From Neolecta irregularis DAH-3 (lineage: Eukaryota): a stretch of 54,560 nucleotides of DNA. The first letter of the stretch is position 1, and each line of letters starts with the position of its first letter. Made by a program: the position numbers and the translations under genes. Shown here piece by piece: positions 35,898 to 47,933 of the stretch. The notes below the pieces were generated by a model. The model worked only from the letters and a program-made list of their open reading frames with translations. It was not told where the DNA came from and searched no databases. The stretch is from contig LXFE01002012.1 of the NCBI GenBank assembly GCA_001929475.1, positions 1 through 54,560 of the forward strand, read 5' to 3'.

Positions 35898-36632
35898 TCA
35901 AAGCTGCTCACACGACTGGGTTTCATCGATCCACCCATTCCAACGGTCCCACTCATATCTTGAAATATCAACTCTCCAATCTATCATTTTCAAAAAGCAG
36001 AGTTCCAAAGGGTTGATACAAAACTTTTGGAGCTCAAACATATCTGCCCAACATTCTCTCGAAAGTTTCAGTCTATCCTCAACGGGTGAGTAGATGCGAA
36101 ATGCAATATATATGGAAATACAAATAAGACTTTTGAGGTAAAGCTCGGAATAGGCTTTTCTAGGAGGGGGAAATCTTGATAGAAGAATAAGTGAGCCTCG
36201 AAGAACTTGAGGCTTGCCTCTGAAGAATGACAGAGACGTGAGCTTTTCGTAGACAACAGATGGTAGACATTGAGCAGTGATTTTATAAACTACTCGGGCA
36301 TAGACCCTCTTGTGAATGGGAGAAAGTGATCGTTGGATAAGATGGTCCCTTTCATCAGGCACTTTATAGTCGTCTAGTTCTTCTTCGATGAATTTGGTGC
36401 TGGGAAAATACCAACCATATAATTTGTAAGTAAAGACCGTAACATCAGAGCCTATAGGAGCATTGGTGTGAAGAACATGGCCGTCCACTGAACTAGGAGG
36501 TGTGCCATTGTTTGACCAGTCGCTCTCTTCGTCTGGCGTGAAAGACTGAGAAGATGAAAAAGTGAGAAGAGAGGCATTTCTTTCCCTTATAGACTCGTCA
36601 GTTGCTGAATCTTGGGTGGTTCTGCAACTCAT
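35898..36632 (-). CDS. Divergent intronless cyclin-fold protein, paralog of 205-921
   Basis: QVLRGSLILLSR...YIAFRIYSP...CWADMF...INPLELCFLKMIDWRVDISRYEW. Confidence 0.75.
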   Translation of the reverse strand: MSCRTTQDSATDESIRERNASLLTFSSSQSFTPDEESDWSNNGTPPSSVDGHVLHTNAPIGSDVTVFTYKLYGWYFPSTKFIEEELDDYKVPDERDHLIQRSLSPIHKRVYARVVYKITAQCLPSVVYEKLTSLSFFRGKPQVLRGSLILLSRFPPPRKAYSELYLKSLICISIYIAFRIYSPVEDRLKLSRECWADMFELQKFCINPLELCFLKMIDWRVDISRYEWDRWNGWIDETQSCEQL

Positions 36633-36970
36633 TCTTTAGTCTGAGATAGGTAATCTAGTATCTATGTATCAAAGGAGATTAGAAGAACATCTTGTGGTTA
36701 TTAATATGGTTTAATGTGTTTGAGCAGATGTGGCGGTAGGTGGTCAAGTCTAGGCAAGGGGATGGATGCTGTCCAAGCAATCGGAGACGAAAATTTACCT
36801 CCAAATTGTTTTCCTTGCAATAGCGAGAGTAAAACAAAATAGTTCACTAGCGCTTGAGCCAAGAAGATACAGGGACACACATTCGAGCACTAGCAAGGAT
36901 GTAAATATCATGTCGTAAATTAGGACAACTCAAACAAAGCAAGTCCCAAACGCCTCGCACCATTTCCATT

Positions 36971-37464
36971 CTATTCAGTCCCAATATCTTCATAAATATG
37001 ACCGCATGCTACGCAGACATAGAACAATGTCTTTCAATGAACGGCAATGTAGAAAACAGACGTACCATTTTAGTTTCGGCTCTCCGCGCTTGGCTTTGAA
37101 AGAAGACGGCCTCTCTGTTCTGACATTTCGGACATGTCTAGGTGTTAGATTTGACAGGACGCAGATGATGACACCTTGCGTGTGCGGGGCAATGTGGGAT
37201 CTTTCCCAATGTCTTGCGTGACGCCGGCAGTTTGTCTGCAACATGAGGCAGGGCCAGGAGTGTTGCATATACCCGACTTTGGTCATGAGTTCATTGCGGA
37301 AGACGCGGTTGCTGTCTGCGTAGACGGTATAATCGCAGTTGCGACAGCTGTACATCAGGCGTTTCTCCTGCTTGTTTTCGCGCGGATATAACAGATTGTT
37401 GCCTGGCAGTGTCAGGGAGGGAGCAGGAGCGGAAGGTACATTCTGCGCAGAAGGAGGTGGACAT
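36971..37464 (-). CDS. RPB9: RNA polymerase II subunit Rpb9 (4 introns)
   Basis: FCAECNNLLYPRE...CRNCDY, DPTLPR, CPKC...AVFFQSQ...MTLFYVCVAC. Confidence 0.96.
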
Positions 37465-37795
37465 GGGCGGGTGTAGGTGGTTTTCAGCGGCAAAGAGGCG
37501 CGGAGGCGGTGCCGAAGCCAACCCACACGCCGCCGCACGAAGGGCAGAATGGGACTAGACGGGCAGTCTCAGTCGACGGGCCCGCAGGAAAAGGACAACG
37601 CCATGCTGGATGGGTGCGCGAGGGCCTACAAGGGGCGCGGCGGGCTGCAAGACGGGAAACGCAGTGATTGCCGATCGCTGCCTGTTGCAGCCGGGGAGCC
37701 ACAACCGCCTAAAAGCGATATGTCAATTCTGCTTCCAGCAAAACTGCCAAGTACCTCAAATAGCTGCGCGACCCTGAAGCACCGCGCCTGCTCCG

Positions 37796-39159
37796 ATGCA
37801 TCTTAAAAACATCTTGAAGAAGAAGAAGTCTGCCCCCCTTTCGAGTTCGCCATCAAAGCAACAGCAGCAGATACCGCTATCATCACCAGCAAGTGCAAGT
37901 GACGATGTGGTCATGGCCGTTGTTGACTCTTCTCTGCCCGCCGAGCCCCAGCTAGACCCACAGCAGATACAACCCCAACCACGGACTCAAACACCATCGC
38001 AGCCCCAGGAAACAACCGAAATACACGTTCCCCTTCCGCGCTCGCACCAGCAGCATGGCGTGCTGACCCCAATTCACACTCCCGCCGTTGAGAAACAGAC
38101 ACCCTCCACCTTGCCCCGTCCCACAAAGGGCAAATACAACCTCGTCGATTTCAGCATCAACAGAACCCTCGGCACAGGCAGTTTTGGCAGAGTTCATCTC
38201 GTCCAGAGCAGACACAACAATCGTTTCTACGCAGTAAAGGTACATTCCCTCTTTCTCCCGTCTCTGACTCCTCCAGGTCCTCAAAAAGGTTCAGGTTATC
38301 CGTATGAAGCAGGTCGAACACACAAACGACGAGCGAGCCATGTTAAGTATGGTCAAACATCCGTTTCTCGTCTGTCTATGGGGAACCTTTCAAGATTCAA
38401 AGAACCTCTTTCTCGTCATGGATTTCATCGAGGGCGGTGAATTATTCTCACTCCTCCGGAAATCGCAACGTTTCCCAAATAGCGTCGCAAAATTCTACGC
38501 AGCAGAAGTAGCATTGGCTCTAGATTATCTGCATACTCTCGATATCATATATCGCGATCTAAAACCTGAAAATCTACTGCTAGATCGAAATGGTCACCTC
38601 AAGATCACAGATTTTGGATTTGCTAAAAAGGTGCCGGATATCACTTGGACCCTCTGTGGAACTCCAGATTACCTCGCCCCAGAAATCGTCGGTTCAAAGG
38701 GCTACAATAAATCCGTCGATTGGTGAGATTTCGCTTCCACTATACAAACTGACTTTCAGGTGGTCACTCGGCATTCTCACTTTTGAAATGCTCGCGGGCT
38801 ATCCACCCTTCTATGACGCCAATCCTATGAAATTGTACGAAAACATTCTCGAAGGGACAGTCAGATATCCACCGTACTTTGATGCCGCGGCCCGAGATCT
38901 CTTGTCAAAACTTTTGACCGCTGATCTCAGCAAACGATACGGTAACTTGGTCCGCGGAAGTCTCGATATCACGGATCACGAATGGTTCAAAGAAGTCAAT
39001 TGGGAGAAACTTGGTCGCAGAGAGATCGAAGCACCCTACGTTCCCCCTGTTCGCGCTCAAGGCGGCGATGCGAGTTGTTTCGATAGGTACCCAGAAGAGG
39101 AAGGCGAATACGGTGAAGGCGGAATTGATATGTATGGTGGTCTATTTCCAGACTGGTGA
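37796..39159 (+). CDS. pka1: cAMP-dependent protein kinase catalytic subunit (2 introns)
   Basis: [47 protein letters not shown] and FDRYPEE. Confidence 0.97.
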
Positions 39160-39413
39160 ATCCGGTGTTTTTGTTTAACGCGGATGTATATTGGTACGGG
39201 CATGTTCGACTTGATCTCCGGCTTTTGGAATGTTCAATTCGGATGCTATTTTCTGATTCGGCCAGTCAACGGTTTAATAGTTAGACTGATTTAATCAATA
39301 TTTATGTCTGGGGGTTATATACAACAAAATCGACTTTCATAATGGCAAGGATCACGATGAATCTCTTAGTTTATTGGCCAGTAAAACTGGCTGCTTATGA
39401 TATTCAAGATTAC

Positions 39414-41307
39414 CTATGGGGTACAGCGACCTGTAAAGCGGGGATATAGGCAACAGTCCCTTTCAATGTCAGCGAGGCAAATCTTATAAAACACGTACCG
39501 AATTGTATATCGATCGCACATCCAAGCCAAGAACCGCTCCAATCCCAGTCCATAACCACCATGTTCGCACGTTCCATACTTTCGTTGATCTGTAAACCAG
39601 TAATATGGTGAAGGGTCGATTCCTTCTCGGGCATATCCTCGAAATAGCTCTTCAGGCTCGCTGATCCTCATACTTGCACCGATAACCTCGCCAACTCCCG
39701 GCATCAACAAATCCGCACTCTCAGTCACGCGGTTGTCCACCTTTGATCGCTTCATATAAAAAGCTTTTAGCTCTGCAGGGAAGTGGGTTAGAAAAATGGG
39801 TCGACCAATATCGTCTGTCATTTTCCGCTCGGCTGCTTCGGCGATATCATCTCCGAATTCGTGAGGTTTACCCTCTGGGTCTCGGATATCGTTCTTTTGG
39901 AGATAATCGATCGCTTGAGCATATTTCATTCGCAGGAAGGGCCGGGAGGGTGGTTCAAAAGTTGGATTGAGTATCCTTAGCAGCTCTGATGTCTTGGAGT
40001 CTGCGAGGACATTGTCAATCGTTTGACAAATCTAATTTGAGTATCAAATGACAAGGGGTTGTTGTACCAATTCTTCTATATGCGTCAATAGTTCATCAAA
40101 GTCCAAAAACCCCAGTTCCGCCTCGACATGTGTGTACTCTGAAAGGTGCCGCCTGGTATGGCTTTTCTCAGCGCGAAAACTCTCTTGGATGCAGAAAACG
40201 TCTCCCAAGCTGGGCAAGCATGTTTCAAGATACAGTTGACTTGATTGTGTGAGGTAGGCCTGAATATTAGATAGTTTTTGACGTACGGTGATTTCACACC
40301 TTTTCGCCATAATAATTGAATTCGAATAGAGTGGATCCGCCTTCAACTTGTGTTTGCACCATGCAGGGAGGTGTAACTTCGAGTAGTCCCAGTTGCTCGA
40401 AGGCCTTTCGGAATCCTCGAAGTGTAGCAGCCCGAACTTTCAACACAGTTGAGGCAGTCTCTCCTCGAATGACGAGATGCCGGAGGTCGATAAGCGTGCT
40501 TGGGGATGTATCCGTGGAGATTCGGCTGTTGATGGCTTCTTGCTCACCGGGAGCCTTTCCTTCGAGCACAAAGTAATCCGTCGTCAACTCATGGTTGTCA
40601 GGGGCAGTCTTCCCTTGTGGAAGAGCACTGACAATCCCAAAAATTGTTATTGAGCTTTCAAGAGTAAAGGTAAGTGCATCATAAGTTTTAGCCTGCTGGT
40701 TAGTGTAATTGTAGAATGAGTCATACCAACTGACCGGTCAAAACACATTGTAAGAAACCAGTTCCGTCCCTCAGAACGATAAAAATAAGGCCTTTTTGGC
40801 TTCGTAGTCGATGGATCCAGCCAGAGACTTTGACACGAGTGTCCCGGTTAGCAACGCTTTGTCTGATTTTGATTTTTTTCGCAGCTGGTAAGGAGGAATC
40901 CTGGACAATAACAATTCTTTTAGCGTCTTCGAGGCGTCTGAGTTCATCTACTTGTGCATTTGCAGTTTTCCCTTCGTCAGTTATCCGTTTCTCCTCCGCC
41001 TTTCGTGCTTTTTTAAGATTTCCATCGGCGGTTTTTTTGGCTTTCTTCAACGCTGAAGCGGTGATTTCGATGAAATCTACCTCGCCTGCCCTTTTGATTT
41101 GTATTTTAACGTCATCACCGTGGATTTCAATGACCTTGGAGGCCGACTGGTATGGAGCTGTTCGCGAACCCGTTCCCGAGTCGTCTGAGCCGGCCACTTC
41201 GTCCACGAAACATATCTCTGATGCTTCAAATCAGAGTGGAAGGAACGGGATATACTATGGGTCCCGATATGCAGCTTCTCTGCGGCGTTGTGGAGAAGGC
41301 TAGACAT
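39414..41307 (-). CDS. DED81: Cytosolic asparagine--tRNA ligase (5 introns)
   Basis: VSGWIHRLR...[38 protein letters not shown] and [11 protein letters not shown]. Confidence 0.97.
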
Positions 41308-41619
41308 TGGGGTGGAGGTGGTGAGCAGGTGTGGTCAAGGAAGCGAGGGCAACGCGGGCTATTGGAGGACTGCACATCTCAAGAGCAGGGTTACAACTGC
41401 CAGAATGGGCAGCTGGCATTTGCAGAAGAAGGATATAGCATAGCATTGTTGATGCTGGTGTAGCTTTCTGGCAGAGAAGCGCAGATACAATGGACATGCG
41501 GTATGGCATCGCGGTAATGAAAACGGATGAGAGTGGAAGAGTGGAGGGAATAAATGGTGGAGCGGAGCAGCATCTGGCTTTATATAGGGCATATATGCGT
41601 TCTATGGGGTATATGCAAG

Positions 41620-42099
41620 CTAGACGACCTTGGACGCGAGTGACGCAATCTTTGCAAAGCCGCGGTCTCGCAGCTCGAGGGCGACGATGCCGAGTATGCG
41701 CGTGCCCAGCGGCTCGCCCTTGTCGTTGATCAAAACACACGCATTGTCATCGAAGCGCACCGTCTTGCCGTCTGGCCGCTGTGTCTCCTTTTTTGTCCGC
41801 ACCACCAGCGCATGTCGCATGTCGCCGCGCCGCACCTTTGTAGTCGTGATAGCCGCACCCTGCCCGACAATCTGTGCTACAGGCCGTGCTTTCTGCACAA
41901 CCACCGAGATGGAGTCGCCTGTAGTTTAGTATCCTGCAAATCAGCGGGGACAGCCACACCGATCCGCGCATGTGTTCCGCCGTGCAGCACCCGCACACAT
42001 TCCACCAGCACCGCGCCCTGCCCGTTAGAAGAACCCAGCGCCGCGCAGGGAGCATGCCGTGTTGTCAATCACCTTCAGACAGGACTTGAGGCCGATCAT
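41620..42099 (-). CDS. Mitochondrial ribosomal protein uL14m (2 introns)
   Basis: MIGLKSCLKVIDNTGAVLVECV...IGDSISVVVQKA and DGKTVRFDDNACVLIN...GTRI. Confidence 0.95.
42018..42057 (-). other. GC-AG intron (40 nt) in uL14m
   Basis: ACG|GCATGC...CTAACGGGCAG|GGC restores the conserved IDNTGA. Confidence 0.88.
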
Positions 42100-42199
42100 T
42101 TCTTTGAGAGGAGGTTGCGAAAAGACGCCACAATCCGCACCGGCACGTCCACCCCTCGCTAGTCCGCTCGGGGCTTTGTTGCCGCCCTTTGCCCCGTCC

Positions 42200-44186
42200 A
42201 TGGGGCCTCCCAGGTCCCTGACGCTCCAGCGCTTCTGCGAGTACGATGACATCCTTTCCGATTGTCTTGTCGATAGAATCCATTTCTGGACCAGGGCACG
42301 GCAATGCCCCGCAACCCCTGCTCATATCTGCAGGTACATAAACTCCGGTCAAACTACCATCCAAACCGCAAAATCACAGATCAAAAGATCATTTCTCTCG
42401 TGAAAGAATTCACCATCAAGCAAAAAAAGCTCTCACCGGCAGTCGAAGCGTTTGTTCTGTGCGACCCGTTTCAGAGACTTGCTGAATTTCACAAGCCTTC
42501 CAGGAATATACCCTTTTTTCTCGAAGCTCGAGGATCGCGAGAAACAGGACTTTATCCGCCATGCCCGCCAGTATTTCTCCCTCTATCTTCCTGCTTCTGG
42601 CTTCGAAATCGGAACGACTGACCGTTACATCTGGTCTTCAAAAGTCGAAGCATGTATTGTGGCAACTCGAGAATACAAAGCTGGCGACGAAATACTTCAC
42701 CTCTCCGGAACAGCACTGTCCATGACCCCCGAAGAAGAGGAGCGGTTTCAACAAGATGAACGCGACTTTAGTATTATTTATTCATCGAGGTTGGATGCAA
42801 TGTGCTTGTTTCTCGGACCTGCGCGGTTGATCAACGTATGGATTCCTCTCGGTTGCGTGAAACTCAACAATTAGCATGACTGCGAGTCAAATTGCCGCTT
42901 TTTAATCAACCACACTACCGTAACTATGCGAGTCAAACACCCAATAGCAGTTGGCGAGGAAATCACTACATTCTACGGGGATAGTTATTTTGGCAAGAAC
43001 AATGCTGATTGCCTTTGCGCTACATGTGAAAGGTACGGAGCCATTGCATTTTTAACAATTTACGAAAAGGAAAAATCAAGGTGGATATGGTCAAAATCGA
43101 GTGCAAAAGGAAGACTCGATGGATGAACAAGAAAGCTCTTTTCCCGAGACCTATTCGTCCTCATCCTCACTCACTGTATGTAATGACGCTGATTTCGACT
43201 CGGAAACACAACAATCGCGCTTTACAGCCTCGCAACTCTATCGAAGGAAATCACTTCGCAGAACAGAAAGCGGGGTCAGTCAACCCCCAATAAAGAAACA
43301 AGGTCGTAAACGCAAGCAGGCGATTTGCACCAATCCCAATTGCTATCAGAATTTTACCGATCCAGATATGAGTACAAGCTGTAAAGCCTACTGTCCTCGG
43401 TGCGACCGACACTCGATTTTGTTCGATCTTGCCTGGCCCAAACGAACCCGGAAGCTAAATGATCCCGAGCAATATGTTCCAGATCCCCGAGGGATATATC
43501 GATCCATCTCCAGAGCGGAGCTGAAACGCATTGAACAAATGCGAACCTCTGTAGATGAAGAGGAAAGCAGTGACGCGGACATTTTTGAAGATAAACTTGC
43601 CTATGAGAAAAGCCGCGAGCAACAAAGACGTCATTCTGAGCCTATACGATCTACAAGGCGAGAGACCAACGAGCCGATTCCGAAGAAATGCAAAATTGAT
43701 ACAAGAGTAAACAATACGCGTCGAAAGACCTTTACCACATCTTCTACGACAACATCATGTGTTGCTCCCATCAAACCTCGTCGGCTCAACGCTTATTCTC
43801 GTGCAAAGTCTTCTCCTCCCAAGGCTGCAGCACCGAAGCCTCTCGCAAAGGATGTCGGTAGGCTGAGTTTCAAATCCAGGACTTGTGCTTTGTCTAGTCC
43901 GGATACCATCGTGGCGTTGAAGGGTGACGATGCAGACAACGACAATTCTGACCCGGAAAATGATAGTAGCTCTCGTGTATCTTATTCGACAGTGACAAGA
44001 CCAAGCTCCATGTCCTCGAAAAACGACGCTACAGAGAAACCTCAAAGCTGTCGTAGAGCAGGCAGGAAACCCCAAGAAGCAATATCGATTGCTCGCAAAG
44101 TAAATAAGGATGTCGAAACGCGTGAGAGGCGTCAAAGTTTAAGAAACACTACCAAATCGCTGCGACCTATTTATTTGACTAGTTAA
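42200..44186 (+). CDS. set9: Histone H4K20 methyltransferase Set9 (4 introns)
   Basis: YDDILSDCLVDRIHFW, RDFSIIYSSR...LFLGPARLINHDC, GEEITTFYGDSYFGKNNADCLCATCE and CPRCDRHSILFDLAWPK. Confidence 0.94.
42296..42333 (+). other. GC-AG intron (38 nt) in set9
   Basis: AGG|GCACGG...CTCAT ATCTGCAG|GTA. No GT lies inside the segment, and 38 nt would frameshift if retained. Confidence 0.85.
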
Positions 44187-46287
44187 TTCTGAATTTACCA
44201 AGTGTAATTTTAGGCGGTAATTCATGACGCACCTGTCGCCCAGAATCCATCCCACTTTCTGATGATCGAACTTGGGTTATTGAACTCTTGTGGTTGTAGC
44301 TCACAAGGGCCGGAAAAAGGAGCACTTATCCTTAAAGAAAGCAAACGATTGATAACCATGGTGATATATTCTTGATGATGATAGAAAAAGGGGCGAAACC
44401 GCTATCCTAAATACCCGCAGAGCACGACAGCCTTATCCAATCAAAAGTGGATGGATAAAAAAAGAAAATTAAGCCCCAGTAATTCTTGGTGACTCATTAG
44501 CATTTCACATACTCCGACATCGAGGATACTCTTAGGAAAACTGGATCCAACACAGGAAACAGAACTTTTAACCATGGCAGATGAGAACAGCAGATTATGG
44601 GAATGCGCGATATAAATAGTGAGACATCGAGGGTCAAGTTGCATTGAGCGGGGTTCTTTTGGTAAAACTCCAATTTCAAGATTGCATACGACACACCTCT
44701 CTCTTCCTTGATTCATAGCTCCCCGTAGAATCTCGCCAAACAATGGTCTTTATTACAATGAATACGAACTTGTTGGTTCTATTATCGCGACGAAATGATC
44801 CACGTCCTACCTTGGATATTCCAAATAACTGCTGTTACGTTAATTCCCGAAACAATTGATTTCTTGGGGTTGATTCAAAAATCATAAACTGGAATACAAA
44901 GCGGCTGAGTCCAATATAGCCAAAGTTCAAACGATGTGAAGCGGGGGCTTGCTATAGAAATATACGAATCGCCTACCGCTAAAGTACTGGCAGTGTCAAA
45001 GCGATGGCTCCTTGGACATTGACCATTGCATTGAATCCAATGACCCTTTAACTTCGTTTGATTTTTAACCTCGTGGGAAAATCTCAAGTCAAACTTTATG
45101 GTACCGTCGAACCTGCTGATCAAACGAATGTGGCATATACGTGTGTTGAATTCGATATAATCCGATTCGTTGTATCGTGATAGTAAAATAGAAGAAATAG
45201 AAGATCCAAGCCATCTAGTCCAAATGAATCAGAGAGAACAATAACTGGATTTCTGAGCTCTGCATCAATCATCTTCATTTTTTCCAAGTGAGTCTCCCCA
45301 GTGTTCCTTGAAGGATCTACAAATAAATCCTGTGGTCTGGATTAAATCAGCTTCAGATCCTTGTTTAACCTCTAGCTATGCAAATGCATGGTGTTCAGCG
45401 GCTAGCCATAATCGGGATAAACTTTTCACTACTCCTTAATCCTGAATCAGTTGGAAAGCCAGTGTAAAAATATCAGTCTTCATCGATGCAGGAGAAGTGA
45501 AAAGAAAGTTCAGAAATAACATTCGGGAGCAAGTAAGGAAACCTCCGTTCCTCCGTTGCATTATCGAACCACTATTAGGAAGAGGAGACTTCTAAGAAAT
45601 TCAGTGGCTTGTTCGGTACATCACGAGCTCCAAATTTGAACCGATGCAAGCTATATGGAAGGTCTATGATTCACTAGTCAGCCATGTTCCCATTCTTGAC
45701 GGGCCACAGAAAACAATGCGTTCTTCGTGGCATCAATTTAGAGCGCCAAGTGTCACAGTTCCACCAGAATATTGGGAAATGCTGAACAAGGTTTTTCCTT
45801 CATTTCAGCTCATGGGAAATCGAGATTCATCGGCTCAGATCCAATTTTCCAAACTCAGCGACATTGAAATAATCACGGAATAATAGAGCTTATTAGGAAG
45901 CTTTAGTAGAACGGATATAAGACCACAAATAGGTTGTGGATGTCCAACATTTAGGGTTCACTTGTGAGTTTCAGGTGCCAAAGTTACTGAGTGTGAGTGG
46001 TCAGCTGCTCGCAACTTTCTGATGTCTGACCTCATCGTGCAGGATATGACAGATGGGAGTTTCTCCACCAACACAAGACCAGTCAAATGGAATCTGCAAG
46101 GTTAGTTAAAAAATGCCTGGTACGAGGCCTGTGGATCTGCGAATAGAGTATATCAGTGATATCACATTCATCAAGGCCAATTGCAATGGTTATGGATGAG
46201 GATGAACGTGGGTGCGGGTAAGCCCGGGACTGACGGAGGCAGCCGGGTGTGGTTGTGTAGGCGGCCGTTCCTCACACCAACCTCACA

Positions 46288-47657
46288 ATGGCCGACACCT
46301 CAACTACTACAACTGCTACTGTCCCTATAGACAAAAGCGCAGATTTCTCCCTTGCGTACTTGTCCTCCACCTCCCCTTCCTCATTCAAAGAAACCCCGAT
46401 ACTCTAACAAAGTACAAGACCGCTAGCGAGATATCCGCCAGAGTCCTCGCTTCTCTCAAAATCCTCTGCGTTGACGGCGCAAACATCCTCGAACTCTGCG
46501 CAAAGGGTGATAGCTTCCTTGAAGAGGAAACCGCAAAGGTTTACAAAGGCAAGAAGTTTGCAAAAGGTTTATCTCGCTATATCTTGTCAATTTCCGACAT
46601 AATAAGGAATCGCATTCCCAACCTGCATCTCCCCCAATCATATCGTATGCCACTTTTCACCCCTCCCGTCAGACCCCGAATCACAAACCACCATTAAAAC
46701 GGGGGATCTCCTCAAAATCTCCCTCGGTGCTCAGATTGATGGCTTTGCTGGTGTGTTGGCAGATACTTTTGTCGTCCCTGGCGATGAAGACAAAGTCACC
46801 GGACGAAGAGCTGATGTTCTGATGGCTGCTTATCTGGCAAGCGAAGCCGCAATCAGATTGATCAAACCTGGTGCAAAGAATTGGGAAATCACAGACGCTG
46901 TCAACACAATTGCAAAGGCTTTTGACTGCTCGGCTGTCGAAGGTATCGCTCTCGCTTGTAACCCTACTAATCCAAGGCATGCTCTCACACCAGCAAGAGC
47001 GTAATGTCATTGATGGCAAAAAGCAGATTATTCTGAATCCCACAGAGCCACAGCGCCGGGAGATGTCTACACACATCTTTGAAGAGGGAGAAATCTATGG
47101 TGTGGATATCCTTGTTTCTACTGCAGAGGGCAAGGTATCTTTCTTTTCTTTTCGTCAATTGCTCAGTGCCAGGTGCGAAGAGTCGAGGCTCGAACAACAG
47201 TCTTCAAAAAGGCAGATATCACCTATCTTCTCAAACTCAAAGCTTCTCGACTCGTTTTTAGCGAGATTCAGAAAAAGTTTGGAGCTTTTCCTTTCACCTT
47301 GAGATCCCTGGATGACGAGAGGAAAGCTCGAATGGGCGTTCTTGAGTGTCAACAACACGGCCTTTTACAACCTTTTGATGTATTGTATGAGAAAGACGGT
47401 AAAATATCTATAGCAACTCGTCCTGACTTGTAGGCGAATACGTTGCACAGTTTTTCAACACTATTGCTCTTACTAAAAATGGCACCGTCCGGTTGACAGG
47501 ACCCCCACCGCTTGACCTAAACAGGGTTACGTCAGAAAAGACGCTTATGGACGACAAGCTGACCACTCTGATCGCATCTTCGCTCAAGCCCTCCTCCAAG
47601 AAGAAGAACAAGAAGAATTCGGATAAAGCGACGGCCAACGGGCAGGCCAGTCGATGA
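46288..47657 (+). CDS. cdb4: Curved DNA-binding protein Cdb4 / PA2G4-Ebp1 homolog (M24 fold), 5 introns
   Basis: ANPDTLTKYKTA, GIAFPTCISPN, KISLGAQIDGF and FGAFPFTLRSL...ARMGVLEC. Confidence 0.93.
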
Positions 47658-47933
47658 GCTCCAGTCCGTTATATCAAAAGGAGAAAGTAAGATAGTCAGG
47701 CACCATATACACACTGTCGCGCAGGAATTAGAACTTGAATATAGACTTCGCGGATGTTTCTACTTGGTTCCTCGCGGATGACTTGGAGTTTGGGTTTAAG
47801 GCCTGGGCCGCCCAATACTCGCCGTCATTTCAACCTCCCACTTGTCTTTCGCATTCCTGCACATATCTTTGCATCTCTTCTCGCCAACAAATCTCTGACT
47901 ACTATCGACTGGTGTACTTTTAGAATATTCCCT

